A stretch of 64,000 nucleotides of DNA from Diplonema japonicum (Eukaryota; Protista; Euglenozoa: Diplonemea): NCBI GenBank assembly GCA_964019335.1, contig OZ025760.1:1-64000 (forward strand), read 5' to 3'. Below, in pieces: positions 19,323 to 30,332 of this stretch (position 1 is its first letter; every line of letters starts with the position of its first letter). A program made the translations under genes and the position numbers. A model generated the notes under the pieces. It saw only the letters and a list, made by a program, of their open reading frames with translations. It did no database searches and had not been told where the DNA came from.

Positions 19323-20989
19323 TTACGACGTGAGTTTGATGGCCTTGATGTCCGTGATGCCCTGCGCTATCAGGTTCTCCTTCATCTTGTCGATGTCCTC
19401 AGGGCCGATCCCGAGGTCGTTCTGCGATGTGTTCTCTTTCTTCTAGAGGTGCATACCTTGATCTCTTCAACGGTCTGCGAGCCGTTGTGATGGATGACGA
19501 GCACACGTCTGCAGGACGTGTTCTCGCACCAGCCTTCACCCCCGCTGATGTGCCACGCGTTGCGGATCATGAGCTCGAAGTAATCATCATTGTCAATGCT
19601 GACAGAGATGTCGTTGTAGTAGTCGAGGAATTCCTTCATCGTCACAATACCGTCACCCGACTTGTCCCAGCATGCGATGAACTCCATCATTACCTGTTTG
19701 TGCGTCTTGTGTCCGGACAGCACTGCTGGGTGCCTGTCAAGGTTCTGCCCATAGATCTTATTGAGCTCCTCGAAGCTCGCCGTTCCGTTCCCGTTCGTGT
19801 CGAGTCGTGTGTACGCCTCCTTCACCATATTGGTCCGCCTCTCGTTCATGTACCCTCGTATGGCCACCAAGAACTCTGTTATCGAGATTACACCATCGCC
19901 GTCACGATCGAACTCACTGAATGCCGCGTCCAGCTCTGCAGCAGTCATCGTGACACCGTATGTCGCCATCCCCTCCTTCAGCTCCCGTCGGGACAGCTTC
20001 TTGTCTCCATTGTCGTCCATAATCCGCAGGCTTCTCACGATTCCTCTGAACCCCAGCCCGCCGGACCTTTCCAAGATCTTTTCTCTTACCCTCAGCATGA
20101 CATCCCTCTTCGCGAACGGCTCGTAGCGTGTGAACGAGCTCCCTTCAGGCGCGCAGAGAATGCCCCACATGTTCCTCGGCCCCACCGCCTTGCACTCCTT
20201 CTTCGTAAACTGTTGTTTGTGGTGGAACGTCGACACTTCTTCCTCCGGCCCAAAGGCGCCTGACTTGCTGCGTTGCTCCTCCGAGCTGAGGCATTGGTTC
20301 ACCTTCACGGACTTGAGAACGACCACGTCGCCCATGTTGACGGGCGTGGCGCGCACCTCGTCCTCCCATGACAGCTCGCCGGGGAGGAACGTGAAGACGG
20401 TTTCGAGTCCACCTGCGATGCAAGCAGTCACTTCACCCCTTTCTTGTCCCGTAGTGTTGCCCCGCAAGCATGTCAGCGGTGTGGGCAGCTCTGCGCACAG
20501 GTTGAGGTGAGCATCGGACATGAACTTGTTCACGATTTTGACCTGCTGTCCGTAGTGCACCACTTCGCCCTCTTTATGCCCTTTGTAGAACTGCATGTTG
20601 CGGTCCTTTGCCTTCTGCACGCTCCACACAGTCCTCGCAACAGGGGTGCTGCTCTTGGCCACACTTACGTGGTAGTTCCCCTGTCTGCCTTCGCTCGTCC
20701 TACTCACGTCGACAGCGAGGCATCCTTTACTGTTCGCAGACTGCACCATGATCACATCACCGAACCGCAGGCACCCGTCAGCCCGCTTGGGCGTCAGGTC
20801 CACCTCATGCAAGGCAAGCTTCATTTTCTCTTCTACCTGCTGTGTCACAAGTGTCCCGTTGGCCCTTTTGATCACGTAGTCCCTCATCTTGCCTCCTTCA
20901 CACGCAACATCTTCGCGCCAGTTCCCCGTGAAAGTCCTCAGGGAATAATCCTTATGCCCCGACATCTGCTGGGTAGTGTATTGGCTCAT
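19323..20989 (-). CDS. CFAP161-like N-terminal domain fused to a calcyphosin-like EF-hand domain; one 35-nt intron (19422-19456)
   Basis: TGNWREDV...LRFGDVIMV (CFAP161-like); DDNGDKKLS, DRDGDGVIS, DTNGNGTAS and YNDISVSIDNDDYFELMIRNAW (calcyphosin). Confidence 0.85.
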
Positions 20990-21102
20990 CTTTTATCCAA
21001 AGACAGCTGAGATACCTGTGTGGGTTCCTTTTCTTTTTTATTTTAAAGGAACTGAATAGAGGAGGGGAGGGAAGGGGAGAGGCGCTTGGTAAAGCGTGTT
21101 AT

Positions 21103-22398
21103 CTACTGGCTGTTGTCGTCGCAAGGTAGCGTGCTCTGCTTTGGTCGCATGTTGTTCATCTTCCTCCTAGCGCGGTCAGAAGCCTTCGTCAGGTCTTCTT
21201 TCCCCAAGAACCTGCATTTCTTTTCCCTGCCCCTTCTATAAAGGATAAAACCGAAAAAGAACAATAACAACGCGCCACCAAGGAGACCGAAGGCCACGCC
21301 CCCGTTCAAGGACCTTACGAAGAACACGATGCTGAGGATGAAGGTGAACAAGGACACAAGGACGAGGTGCAGTGCTGCTCCCTTCTGCGCACCTGCCTTT
21401 TGGGGCAGGGACTTGCAGGAGCAGTAGATGGCAGGGTACAGGATGCCTGCCACGAGGCATATGTTTCGTTTCCACGCGTACTCCGCGATCTGCAAGGCCA
21501 CGAACTCATGTGGGTCCAAGGGCTTTCTAGGCGGCACTGCCAGGAGCACGTCACCCTCGCGTGTGGACAGCGGGAGGTCAATGGCAGTGCCCTCATGCAG
21601 GATGGTGGCACACGGGCCCCGTGTTGTGAGGGGGACGGTGCTTGTGGGGATATGCTGCACACCGAAGGACATGGGCGAGGCGCTTTGAACACTAATTGAT
21701 TTGGACTCCTCCTCAAAGGACTTGATGCGCAGCAGAAGGGCTGCCTCCCGTTGGAGTGCATCCTCCAAGTCCCTCCGTAACTCTGTGTTATCCTGACTGC
21801 ACGTCTGGCCGCTGCATTTGGAAGCATCAAGGCTCAAGGGCTTAGGAGAATCGGGGATGGACTCAGGGGGGGAACCTGGCGGAGTAGACCCATCGATCAC
21901 AACTTGTACACCGCCTACCCATGCCCAGCTGGTGGGATCGTATACTGCAACAGGGTCCACAAAGGCACAAGCAAGGACATCGACTGCTCCATGCAGGGCT
22001 GCCAGAACGGTGCTTGTGAGAAGGTGGCTGTACTGTTGGCAATGGTCAGCCCACTGCACGGTGCCGTCGTCGATGGTTAGGCTTCCCAGTCGGTCTCTCC
22101 CTAAGACGCACATTGTGGGTGGTGGTGTGTCTTGCTGCGAAGCAGGTGCTTGAACGTTTGCCTTCATCTCCATTATCCTCGTCACGGAGAGCTCCTCTTG
22201 TTTCTCGAACCCTGTGCACACCTTAGGTGGGGCTGTTGCCTCCTTGTGTCCTTCTACTGCCTGTGGTTCGTCACGTGGTGTAGTGGGCTTCTCTGCTGAA
22301 GACTTTGGCCTCACATCGCCATACACTGGTACGTCCAGCATGGCACCACCGATGCTGTCTGCTATCGCAGATCGCGCTGCATTCTTTCGCTTGTCCAT
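21103..22398 (-). CDS. Hypothetical protein with ~3 C-terminal TM helices
   Basis: Long ORF with hydrophobic segments near the C-terminus. Confidence 0.7.
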   Translation of the reverse strand: MDKRKNAARSAIADSIGGAMLDVPVYGDVRPKSSAEKPTTPRDEPQAVEGHKEATAPPKVCTGFEKQEELSVTRIMEMKANVQAPASQQDTPPPTMCVLGRDRLGSLTIDDGTVQWADHCQQYSHLLTSTVLAALHGAVDVLACAFVDPVAVYDPTSWAWVGGVQVVIDGSTPPGSPPESIPDSPKPLSLDASKCSGQTCSQDNTELRRDLEDALQREAALLLRIKSFEEESKSISVQSASPMSFGVQHIPTSTVPLTTRGPCATILHEGTAIDLPLSTREGDVLLAVPPRKPLDPHEFVALQIAEYAWKRNICLVAGILYPAIYCSCKSLPQKAGAQKGAALHLVLVSLFTFILSIVFFVRSLNGGVAFGLLGGALLLFFFGFILYRRGREKKCRFLGKEDLTKASDRARRKMNNMRPKQSTLPCDDNSQ

Positions 22399-24099
22399 TC
22401 CATACGTGGGGTGTTTTTTTTTTTTTTTTTTTTTTGAAAGAAAAAAAAAACTCCTGTAGTTTTTTTTCACGGGTGGTCAACGGGGGGGGAAAAAAAAACA
22501 AAAATAAAAAAAGAAGAAAAATCTTTTTTTAAAAAATACGTGATCACTGAAAGTAAAGAGGGAAAGGGCGGGGAAGAGGGAACAGGACAGGGAAAGGGGA
22601 AGGAAAGGCTAAAAAAAATTCAAAAATTCTTTTTTTTTTCCCCAATTATTTCTTGCATTTTTTTTCTTTTTTTTTTTTCCATTTTCTTTATTCTCGAATC
22701 CAAATTTCCTGGAAAAAAGGCTTGCTACGACAGGGCTTCGAACTATTCTTTTTTTTTTTTTTTTCCTGCGAAAAGGGTACAATAGAAGAAACTGAAAGAA
22801 GGTAAAAACAAAGAAAATACTAAAATGAGTAAAAACCGAAAAAAGAAGGAAATGGTCAGGCACAACAGAATAAAAAAAAAGAGGCGGGGGCTGTTTTCCG
22901 TTTTTCTTTTTTCTTTCTCCCCTTCCTTTTTTTCTTTTTTTTTTTCTTGTTTAAATGTTGTCATCGCTGTAACAGGAGAGAGCGGCAAAATACAGTATGA
23001 AAAAAAAAGGATAGGAGGACAATCCTAGGGGTAGAGAAAAAAAGGTCAAACCATCGTTCTTTACTCAAAGCAATAATACAGAAGACAATTTTTTTTTCTT
23101 TTTTTTTTAAACTTAAACATAGCAAGAAGAAGAGGGTACGATTTCCCCCCCTTTTTTTTTGCCTTTTCACTTTTTTATTTTTTTTTTCCTCCCCCCCTTC
23201 CCAACAAAGACGAACAGAAAAGTAACAGGGGAGGGGGGAGGGGGGGGAACATCTTTTTTTAAAGAAAAAAAAGTAAGGTGGAAAATAGACTAATGAAAAC
23301 AAAGCTCTTGCGCAGCTAGAAAATAAAAGAGAAAAAAAAAAGAGGGGGGGGAAGATGTCAGAGGGGATTGGACGTAAAAGCTGAGGGGAGGGAGAAAATA
23401 GTTTTTCTTTTTTTTTTTTTTTTCCTTTTTTTCTCCCTCCCATTTTCTTTGTAGTCGGTCCACTATCTTCACCCTTTTATTTTTTTTTTCTCCTTCACAC
23501 CCTAGCTTGCTCCAAGTTAAAGGGACTAGATGTAATTTTAAAACAGGGGGATGCATGGGAGAGGGGAACGGTACTTTCTCTCTTTAAACATAAAAATACA
23601 TTGAAGAAAAAAAAAAAGAAAAAAAAAACCCCCCCACAGCTGTCGAAGCTTACTCTGTACTGATCTCCACCTGTGTGGCGGGGCCAAAGGAAAATGAAAA
23701 CAAAAGTAGAATAACGGTATTTCTCTTCCCCCCCCCCTTTTTTATTCCTTTCTACCTTCTCCTCTTTATTGGACCTTTAATCCTTCTTGAGGCTATCAAA
23801 GGCAAAAGTGGTGTATATTCGTCCGAAGGCCGGGTTACTGTCTTTTCTTCTTTTTTCATTTTTCATTTTTTCTTCCCCCCCCCGACTAAGACCACGGTTT
23901 CTGACTAAGTAAAATAAAAGGGGGAGAAGCGGTCCTTTTTTTTCTTTTTTTTTTTTTGGGAAAAACACTGCTCACGGTAAGCAAATAACTTTTTTCCACC
24001 GTTTCCTTAAACCTAAAATTTTTTTCCACCAAGTACGGTAGCCACAACTTAGAACACGGTAACCTGTATCATTTTTATCCCTGTTAGGGTTTGGGAAAG

Positions 24100-24330
24100 A
24101 ACTTTGAGGAGTGACTGGGAACGGAACCCCACCAGTTGAGAAATGGGGGTTCCTGCAGGTTGCAGCATAATGCCCAACCTTTCTGCAGTTGCCGCACATA
24201 TTCTTCCCCTCCCCTCCCCCCCCCCACTTGGTGGAAAAAAAAGTTGTCTCGATTTTAGTGGTGCCATGCAGTATGTGACACAGCGGCCACCCTTGTGAAA
24301 CTTCGCCCCGAAGCCTCCCAAGTCCCCTGT
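24100..24330 (-). pseudogene. Transposon relic with a CCHC zinc knuckle and a possible degenerate SWIM motif (MULE-like)
   Basis: CGNCRKVGHYAATC fits CX2CX4HX4C; a frameshifted KFHKG/WPLCHIL segment lies upstream. Confidence 0.3.
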
Positions 24331-24812
24331 GGTCCCGTAGAAAGTAAAAGTGGAGAGGTAAAGAAAGCTTGGAAATTGAAATAGGGAGAGGGGCCACAGA
24401 AGCAATTAAACATCAACTGGAGAGTTGTGGGAGGCTTGCTTCACTGGCACGATGCCGCGGGGAGGCTACTTGCCTGACCTGGTGAAGCCACCTCCTTGTT
24501 CGATGTAATGGGATAAGGGACTCTCCGTTGAGGGCGATGCTAACTGGCGCCACGCGTAGGGTGGGCTCTCCACCCCCGTCCAGGTTTCCCCACGTGTACG
24601 GCTTTAGAACGAGAGTTTCCCTTTCGCTTGTGTTTCTCCAAACCACAATTACCAGGAACCACCACAGGGAGGTTGGAAACATTGGTCCCCAAAAAAAGTT
24701 CCAAGTTACCGTGAATAGATATGTGGGTAAAAATTCTGCTTACAGTACTTTGGTGGAAAAAAGTTATTTGCTTACCGTGAACGGTGTTTTTTCTCAAGTT
24801 TTCTTTTTTTGA

Positions 24813-26570
24813 TTAACCCATAACACTCCGGGGCCTATCTACATAGGGGTCCCTTTTTTGCTCCTTTTCATAATCTGAGGGGAAAAATGGCAGCATTCAA
24901 TCCCCGTTTGCAGGTAAAACGGGTTTTTTGGGCCAGGAAAATTAAAAAGAAAGTTCAAAAATTAATAAAAATACAAAGGGGATGAAGAGTTGAATGGCCG
25001 TAGGGTGCTGTCAAAATGGGTTGTGCACGGGGGGGTGTAAATTGAGCATCCTGGGACAAAAAAGGCAGCATCAGGACCCCTCAGATGTCTCAGACCGAGA
25101 GAAGTGCCTATTTGCGGGTGGAATATCGGCCTCGAAATCGTCAAGAGGCCTTTTTGGGGTGATGGAAGAGTGGTACGAAAAAAGCACTTATTTGGACAGA
25201 GGTGTTGGTTTAGGTGTAGCATTTGTAGATTGTGCGTTTTGTGCATTCTTTCAACCTGCAGACCCTGGAGGTGCCCCCTTTGAGTGGCTAGCGGTCACGT
25301 TTGGTGTAATCTGGGGTATCGGGTGTGTGTGCACCACTAGTTGGGTGCCGGGAGTGGTGTTTTTGCAACGTTGGACCCATCAATTAGGCTCTCTCGAAAG
25401 CGCTCTTTAAAGCAGCCAGGGTTGTGTATCTCTTTGGCATCCCTGAACCATATTTTATTTGAAGTGCATGGCAGTTAACTATTGTCACTTCTAGGGCCCA
25501 CCAGAAGAGTCCGCAACACCCAACGAAATGCAAGCCCCTCACAGCAGGGCTTCGGCCAGACCCACAGTCGAAAAGTAGCTATCGCAAACTACCGTGTTGT
25601 CATTTCCCCGGAAAGGCTCTGTTAACCCCAGCCCCGCTTTTTCCACAAGTCTTCAAGTGCGTGCCCCTCGATTTTGGTGGATGTGAAACGCAAAAGATAA
25701 CCCGTGCTCGCGCAGTTTAGGCAGTAGATTTTTATGCCATATCTTTTACGCTTGAAAGGACAGTAGACCCGCAGCCCCCAATTGCCCCGTGAAGGTACGA
25801 GTGTCTCGTCAATGCTTAAATATTGTCCTGACACTGCTGCTTTTGCCCACTTGTCACCAATTCTGTCCAGAAACCCTCGTATCTTCACAACACATCACCG
25901 TTTGACTCTTCTGTGTGAGTGAAGCGGAGGCTACTTTTGATTTCCCAGTAGCGTCTCCTGGGCATCGTGTTACTGAAAAGGGGGATTTTCATGGGTCCTG
26001 TGGACCAATACGACTGCTGATTCTGGGCACGCCGTAAACCCATCGCAATGCTCAATCCGAGTAAGCGGTGGAGTCCTGGGTCGAAATTTTATCAATCTCA
26101 GCGTCCTTTTGCCTGTTTGTCTCTTCTTGGATGACGTCTGTTAGCTTCTTATAAAAAAACCGAAGGAATAACCATTTTGCGTCGTCAAGTTTCTGCGTAC
26201 CACGGGACAGCTTTTTTTCTCCCCACTGGCCTATTTTATGGTCTCTATGGGTACCAACTCCCTTACCCATGAAGGTTGGACCTCGTCCGTAGCTGTTTTG
26301 GCTTTACCTTTGCGTTTTTTGGGAACAATTTGAGCACAGTATGCACACCCGTTATTTTGCGTTTTTAGCCTATCTACTCGGATTTGGGACCCACTTGGTG
26401 GGTGGATAACAAGGTAAAGTGATGCAGCGCAGCATTAATTGCAGTTGAAAATAACTCCTCACTATAGTCGTGCTTGGAGATCCAGGGGTCGTGGGGACGA
26501 AAAAGTACTTAGAGAAAAAAACGATTTTTCAAAACGACAAATATTTGCGCCTTGGAGTGTTATGGGTTAA
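24813..26570 (-). mobile_element. piggyBac-family DNA transposon (1750 bp) with a decayed transposase
   Basis: TTAA (24813-16) + TIR CCCATAACACTCC (24817-29) ... GGAGTGTTATGGG (26554-66) + TTAA (26567-70). Transposase motifs MPRRRYWEIKSSLRF, GQYLSIDETLVPSRG...YGIKIYCL..STGYL and VVCDSYFST are broken by stops and frameshifts. Confidence 0.92.
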
Positions 26571-28357
26571 ATTTATTTGTTTTGTGCAACAACGCTACAA
26601 ACTCTTTTTTTCCCCCTCAAACCCAATAGACAAAAGAGTTCGTTTACAAGCGCTGCTCCACTGCCCCCCAATACAAGTAATGAAATAGGATGGAATGGGC
26701 ATTCATTTTTTTTACTTTTCTATGTCGGGGGGGGGGGGGCATTTAAACGGAAAAAAAGAGGGGGGGGGAAGGCAATACTTCTTTCTGCACTCGGTGATCG
26801 TAAAGACGGGGAAAGGGAGAGAACTAAATGAAAAATGACCTTCGTGCTATAAAAGAAAAAATGCAAATTAGATAATTAAACAAACCCACACCTGCAGCAG
26901 TCCTTCTAGTAAATCTAGTCGGTTACTGCGCCTGGTCCCCTTGGCTCTGGTTGCTGGCTAAAACCCTATTGGTCTATCGAATGCATGCACGTGGGAGTAA
27001 AAAAAAATTTTAAAAAAAAGAAGAAAAAAAAGAAATAGAGTAGGCGGATACTTGATTGTAGGGGGAAAAAATTGGTTGCTAATACCCAAAAAAAAAAAAA
27101 AAAAAAAAAAAAATAATCAAGAACGGTTGAACGGTTCAGGTAGAGACAGGATGGCTGTCTCGTGCCCAAAAACCTTTTGTGGATTTCTTTTTTCTTTTTT
27201 TTCTTTTTTCTTTCTTTTCCTTTTACCGAACAGTGAACGCACTGGGTCGTCCGGACCTGTTTATCTTTTGCAACAAAAGCTCCTCAAAAAAAAAAGGGGG
27301 TGACGCAGAAAAAGGTAAGGTAATATCTTGTGCATCTTTTTTTCTCCCCCCCCTTTTTTTTTTACTTTTTCCCCAAGTGGCGATCGGGTGTTTTTACAAA
27401 CGCATTTCAAAAAAAGCACAGGGTTTCTTTTTTTTTTTTTTTTTTTCCCTTCTTTTTTCTTCTTTTTCTTTTTAAGCTACCTCGAATACACAAATAAAAA
27501 GAGGGGGGAGCTTTAAAAAACTTGGATCAGTTTTTGCTAGTGCATCCCCCCCCCCAGTATTTTTGTCAAGTATCTTGTGGGATCTCTCACTCAATGCCAA
27601 AGGAATGAAGAAAATCTTTTTATTTTCTTCCCCCCTTTTTTTTTCTTCTGTCTCTTTATTCTACTATCATAGATGGCGGATCTTCGAAAAGGAGGGGTGG
27701 AAAAAAGAACAGAAAAAAAAAAAGGAAAAAAAAAAAAAAAAAAAAACTCAAAGAAGAAGAAGAAAAATATTTTGCCAGGTTTTTTGCCCATGTTCCCAGC
27801 ACGATACTCCAGCTCCTGTATCAGGGAAAGGGAGTGTGCATTTTGGCACAAAAATGGTGAAGTGCAGGAGGGCAGAAAGAGCATCATTTCCCAGCTAAGG
27901 GAAAAAAAAAAAAAAAAAAAAAAGGAAAAGAAATACATGAAACGGCGGTTGGAGCACCTGAGGTAAGGGTGAAAAAAATAAACCGGGGGGGGGGGGGGGG
28001 GGGGGGGGGGGTGGAGAAACCCAAGAGGTATAAGCTGCATACATAACAGGATACCACTGGGCGAGAGGGAACTATGTTGTGATGTATGGAAATATCTTTT
28101 TTTCAAAAAAGAATTGAAGAGAAAAAAAAAACAAAAAGAAGGAGAAGGGGGGGGGTACACAAATCGCCGAATATTTCTTAACAATTTTTTTCTTTTTTTT
28201 AAGATACCGTGGCAAAAAAGTGAAGGGGGGGGGGGATTGAAATCTTCTTTTGAACCGAGGTCTGTCCTTTGCAGGCCAGACTCTTTTTTTTTTTCTTTTT
28301 TTTTTCCTTTTTTTTCTCTTCAAACCTTTTTTTTCCCCCCTTTCCTCCACCACCCTT

Positions 28358-30064
28358 TCAACTGCATATTGGAAGCACCTCTGCGGCCTTTGCCTCAGTT
28401 AGGGGCAACGGTGTGGAGTTGGCCCGCCTTGTCAAGTGCGCAAACGCATTCCCCCTGGGACGAGGGACGGCGCTCTGCGAAGCGTGACAGTGCTCTGTGG
28501 TGCTGCTCTCGATGGTGTAGTGCATGGCAAGCGATAGATCTTGCACAGGTGCGCCCTTCTCCTTGTGCAGCCCGTCTAGGTCAGCTCGTGCTATTTCAAC
28601 AGAAGACGGAAGAGAAGTGTCGGGGTTCACTGTAACCTCCCCAGTCGGGTCGTCCCCAGTAAGGAACGAAGTGTGCAGCCAAGCGTGGAAGACCTCCTGG
28701 TCGCTCTTAAACATCGATTTGCTTTCAATGAAAAACGTTATCTTAAGGTCGCCACGAATTGCGACGCTCTCCTTCTTCATGACCATGTCCAGGGCAGTGA
28801 GGCCTGATGGTGCTGTGACGCACCCCAAGGACATCATGGACGGGGAGAACGCAAGCGAAGGGTCCTTGATGCGTTCCACTGTTGCATCGACGCGTGAGTC
28901 GATCAGCACGTCCAGCCCAGACAGCTGCTCGTCATCGTCATCCGCCTGCCCCCGCTGCGACACTGTGAAGTACATGTCTGCAGCGTAGTCCGCCGTCAGC
29001 TTGTTGCTGTTTACATTAGCAAGATGCATCCCCACAATGCGGACCGTGACCGTCGGGAGGCATTCCCGTTTCATGAGGACGTCTGCGTACCTTACGTACC
29101 TTCTCTGCGAAGGGATGGTCACACCTTTTCCGTCTGTCGTCCGCTTTGTCGCGAATAGCTCCAGCGCCTCGCCCGGTCTCATCCCCTCGTAAGCGCATAG
29201 GTACGAGCAGATGACTGTTCCTGTCCTTCCCTTGCCCGCCTTGCAGTGCACGGCCACCACGTTCGACGGGTCGCACTCGAGGAACTTCCGCAAACTCCTT
29301 AAAATCCTCGGCAGCAGCTCCAGCGGCGGTGGTGTGTGGTCTTCAAAAGGAAACCGTTCCCAAGCCCCGCTCAGAACCCGTTTGCTATACTCCCGCTCCT
29401 TGCACAGGTTGTACACGCGGAAATGCGATTTGTGGTGCAGTCCGAGAAACTGCTCCACCTCCTCAAGAGAGTTGCGGTAAAAGGCTTCCCGTCCGCTGGC
29501 AGGGTACCCCATGGCGATCAGCTGTGGGGTGACGTAGACGAGGTCCAGGTTGAAGTTGTTAGCGATGTACCGGCGTTTGTTCTTCGAGACGAGGGATTTC
29601 AGGATGTGCAGGGCTGAGGTTTTCCCGTTGCTGCCGTTTGCCATGAAGTCATCGTTGATTTCCTCCTCTTCTTGCAGGGCACGGATTGTGTCGGAGTTGC
29701 ATAAGATACCGCATGCCACAGACATATTCTCAACCCAAGCATCTCGTTCGGAGCAGCTATCGGATTTCAGCAGGAGTGTAAAGACCTCGCCCCTCCCCTT
29801 TGCCTTGAACTGCAGCCCGAAGTACGCGCACTTCGGGTCTGTTGCGGAGCTGTGCACGTGGCTGTCGATCCTGTCGTAGATTTTGACCACCTCCGCCCAC
29901 CTGATGAACCCCTTGTATGCGTGGCTCCCTTTGTCGCTCTTCTTCCCATAGTATTTCATCCCATCCTCGTCTAGCACGAACCACCGGTCCTTCCAGTTCT
30001 TCCGCTTTCCGAACGTCCCCTTCCCTATCGAAAATTTGCTGAGCAAACCTTCCTTGCAGCACAT
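28358..30064 (-). CDS. PH domain - PTEN-type phosphoinositide phosphatase - C2 domain protein
   Basis: KEGLLSK...NWKDRWFVL PH domain; VSKNKRRY...LDLVYVT, PFEDH.PP, HCKAGKGRTG and GVTIPSQRRYV; C2 motif GDLKITF..FHAWLHTSF. Confidence 0.92.
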   Translation of the reverse strand: MCCKEGLLSKFSIGKGTFGKRKNWKDRWFVLDEDGMKYYGKKSDKGSHAYKGFIRWAEVVKIYDRIDSHVHSSATDPKCAYFGLQFKAKGRGEVFTLLLKSDSCSERDAWVENMSVACGILCNSDTIRALQEEEEINDDFMANGSNGKTSALHILKSLVSKNKRRYIANNFNLDLVYVTPQLIAMGYPASGREAFYRNSLEEVEQFLGLHHKSHFRVYNLCKEREYSKRVLSGAWERFPFEDHTPPPLELLPRILRSLRKFLECDPSNVVAVHCKAGKGRTGTVICSYLCAYEGMRPGEALELFATKRTTDGKGVTIPSQRRYVRYADVLMKRECLPTVTVRIVGMHLANVNSNKLTADYAADMYFTVSQRGQADDDDEQLSGLDVLIDSRVDATVERIKDPSLAFSPSMMSLGCVTAPSGLTALDMVMKKESVAIRGDLKITFFIESKSMFKSDQEVFHAWLHTSFLTGDDPTGEVTVNPDTSLPSSVEIARADLDGLHKEKGAPVQDLSLAMHYTIESSTTEHCHASQSAVPRPRGNAFAHLTRRANSTPLPLTEAKAAEVLPICS

Positions 30065-30332
30065 TCCAGCGTGCCACTTCACCACCAACCCGTTCTGTGA
30101 TGACTTTTTTTCTTCTCGGGATTGGAAATAAGAAAAAGAGGGAAAGGCAAAAAACTAAAATATCTTTTATAACGAATTGGAGTAAACGCTTAATAAAAAA
30201 AAAAAAGAAGAAGAAAAAAAAAAGGAAAGTAGGAAGAAGCACTTTTGTTAATTACGTCTAAAGGGGCTTGCAACAAGCTTTAAAGGGGAAAGGAGGAGGA
30301 AAGAAAAGCAAAGCGCGTTGTGGAAACAACTC

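Noticed and set aside
22500-28350. Numerous poly-Lys/poly-Phe ORFs here and at 37400-38300 and 49300-61600
   Set aside because: They arise from homopolymer runs in low-complexity spacers.
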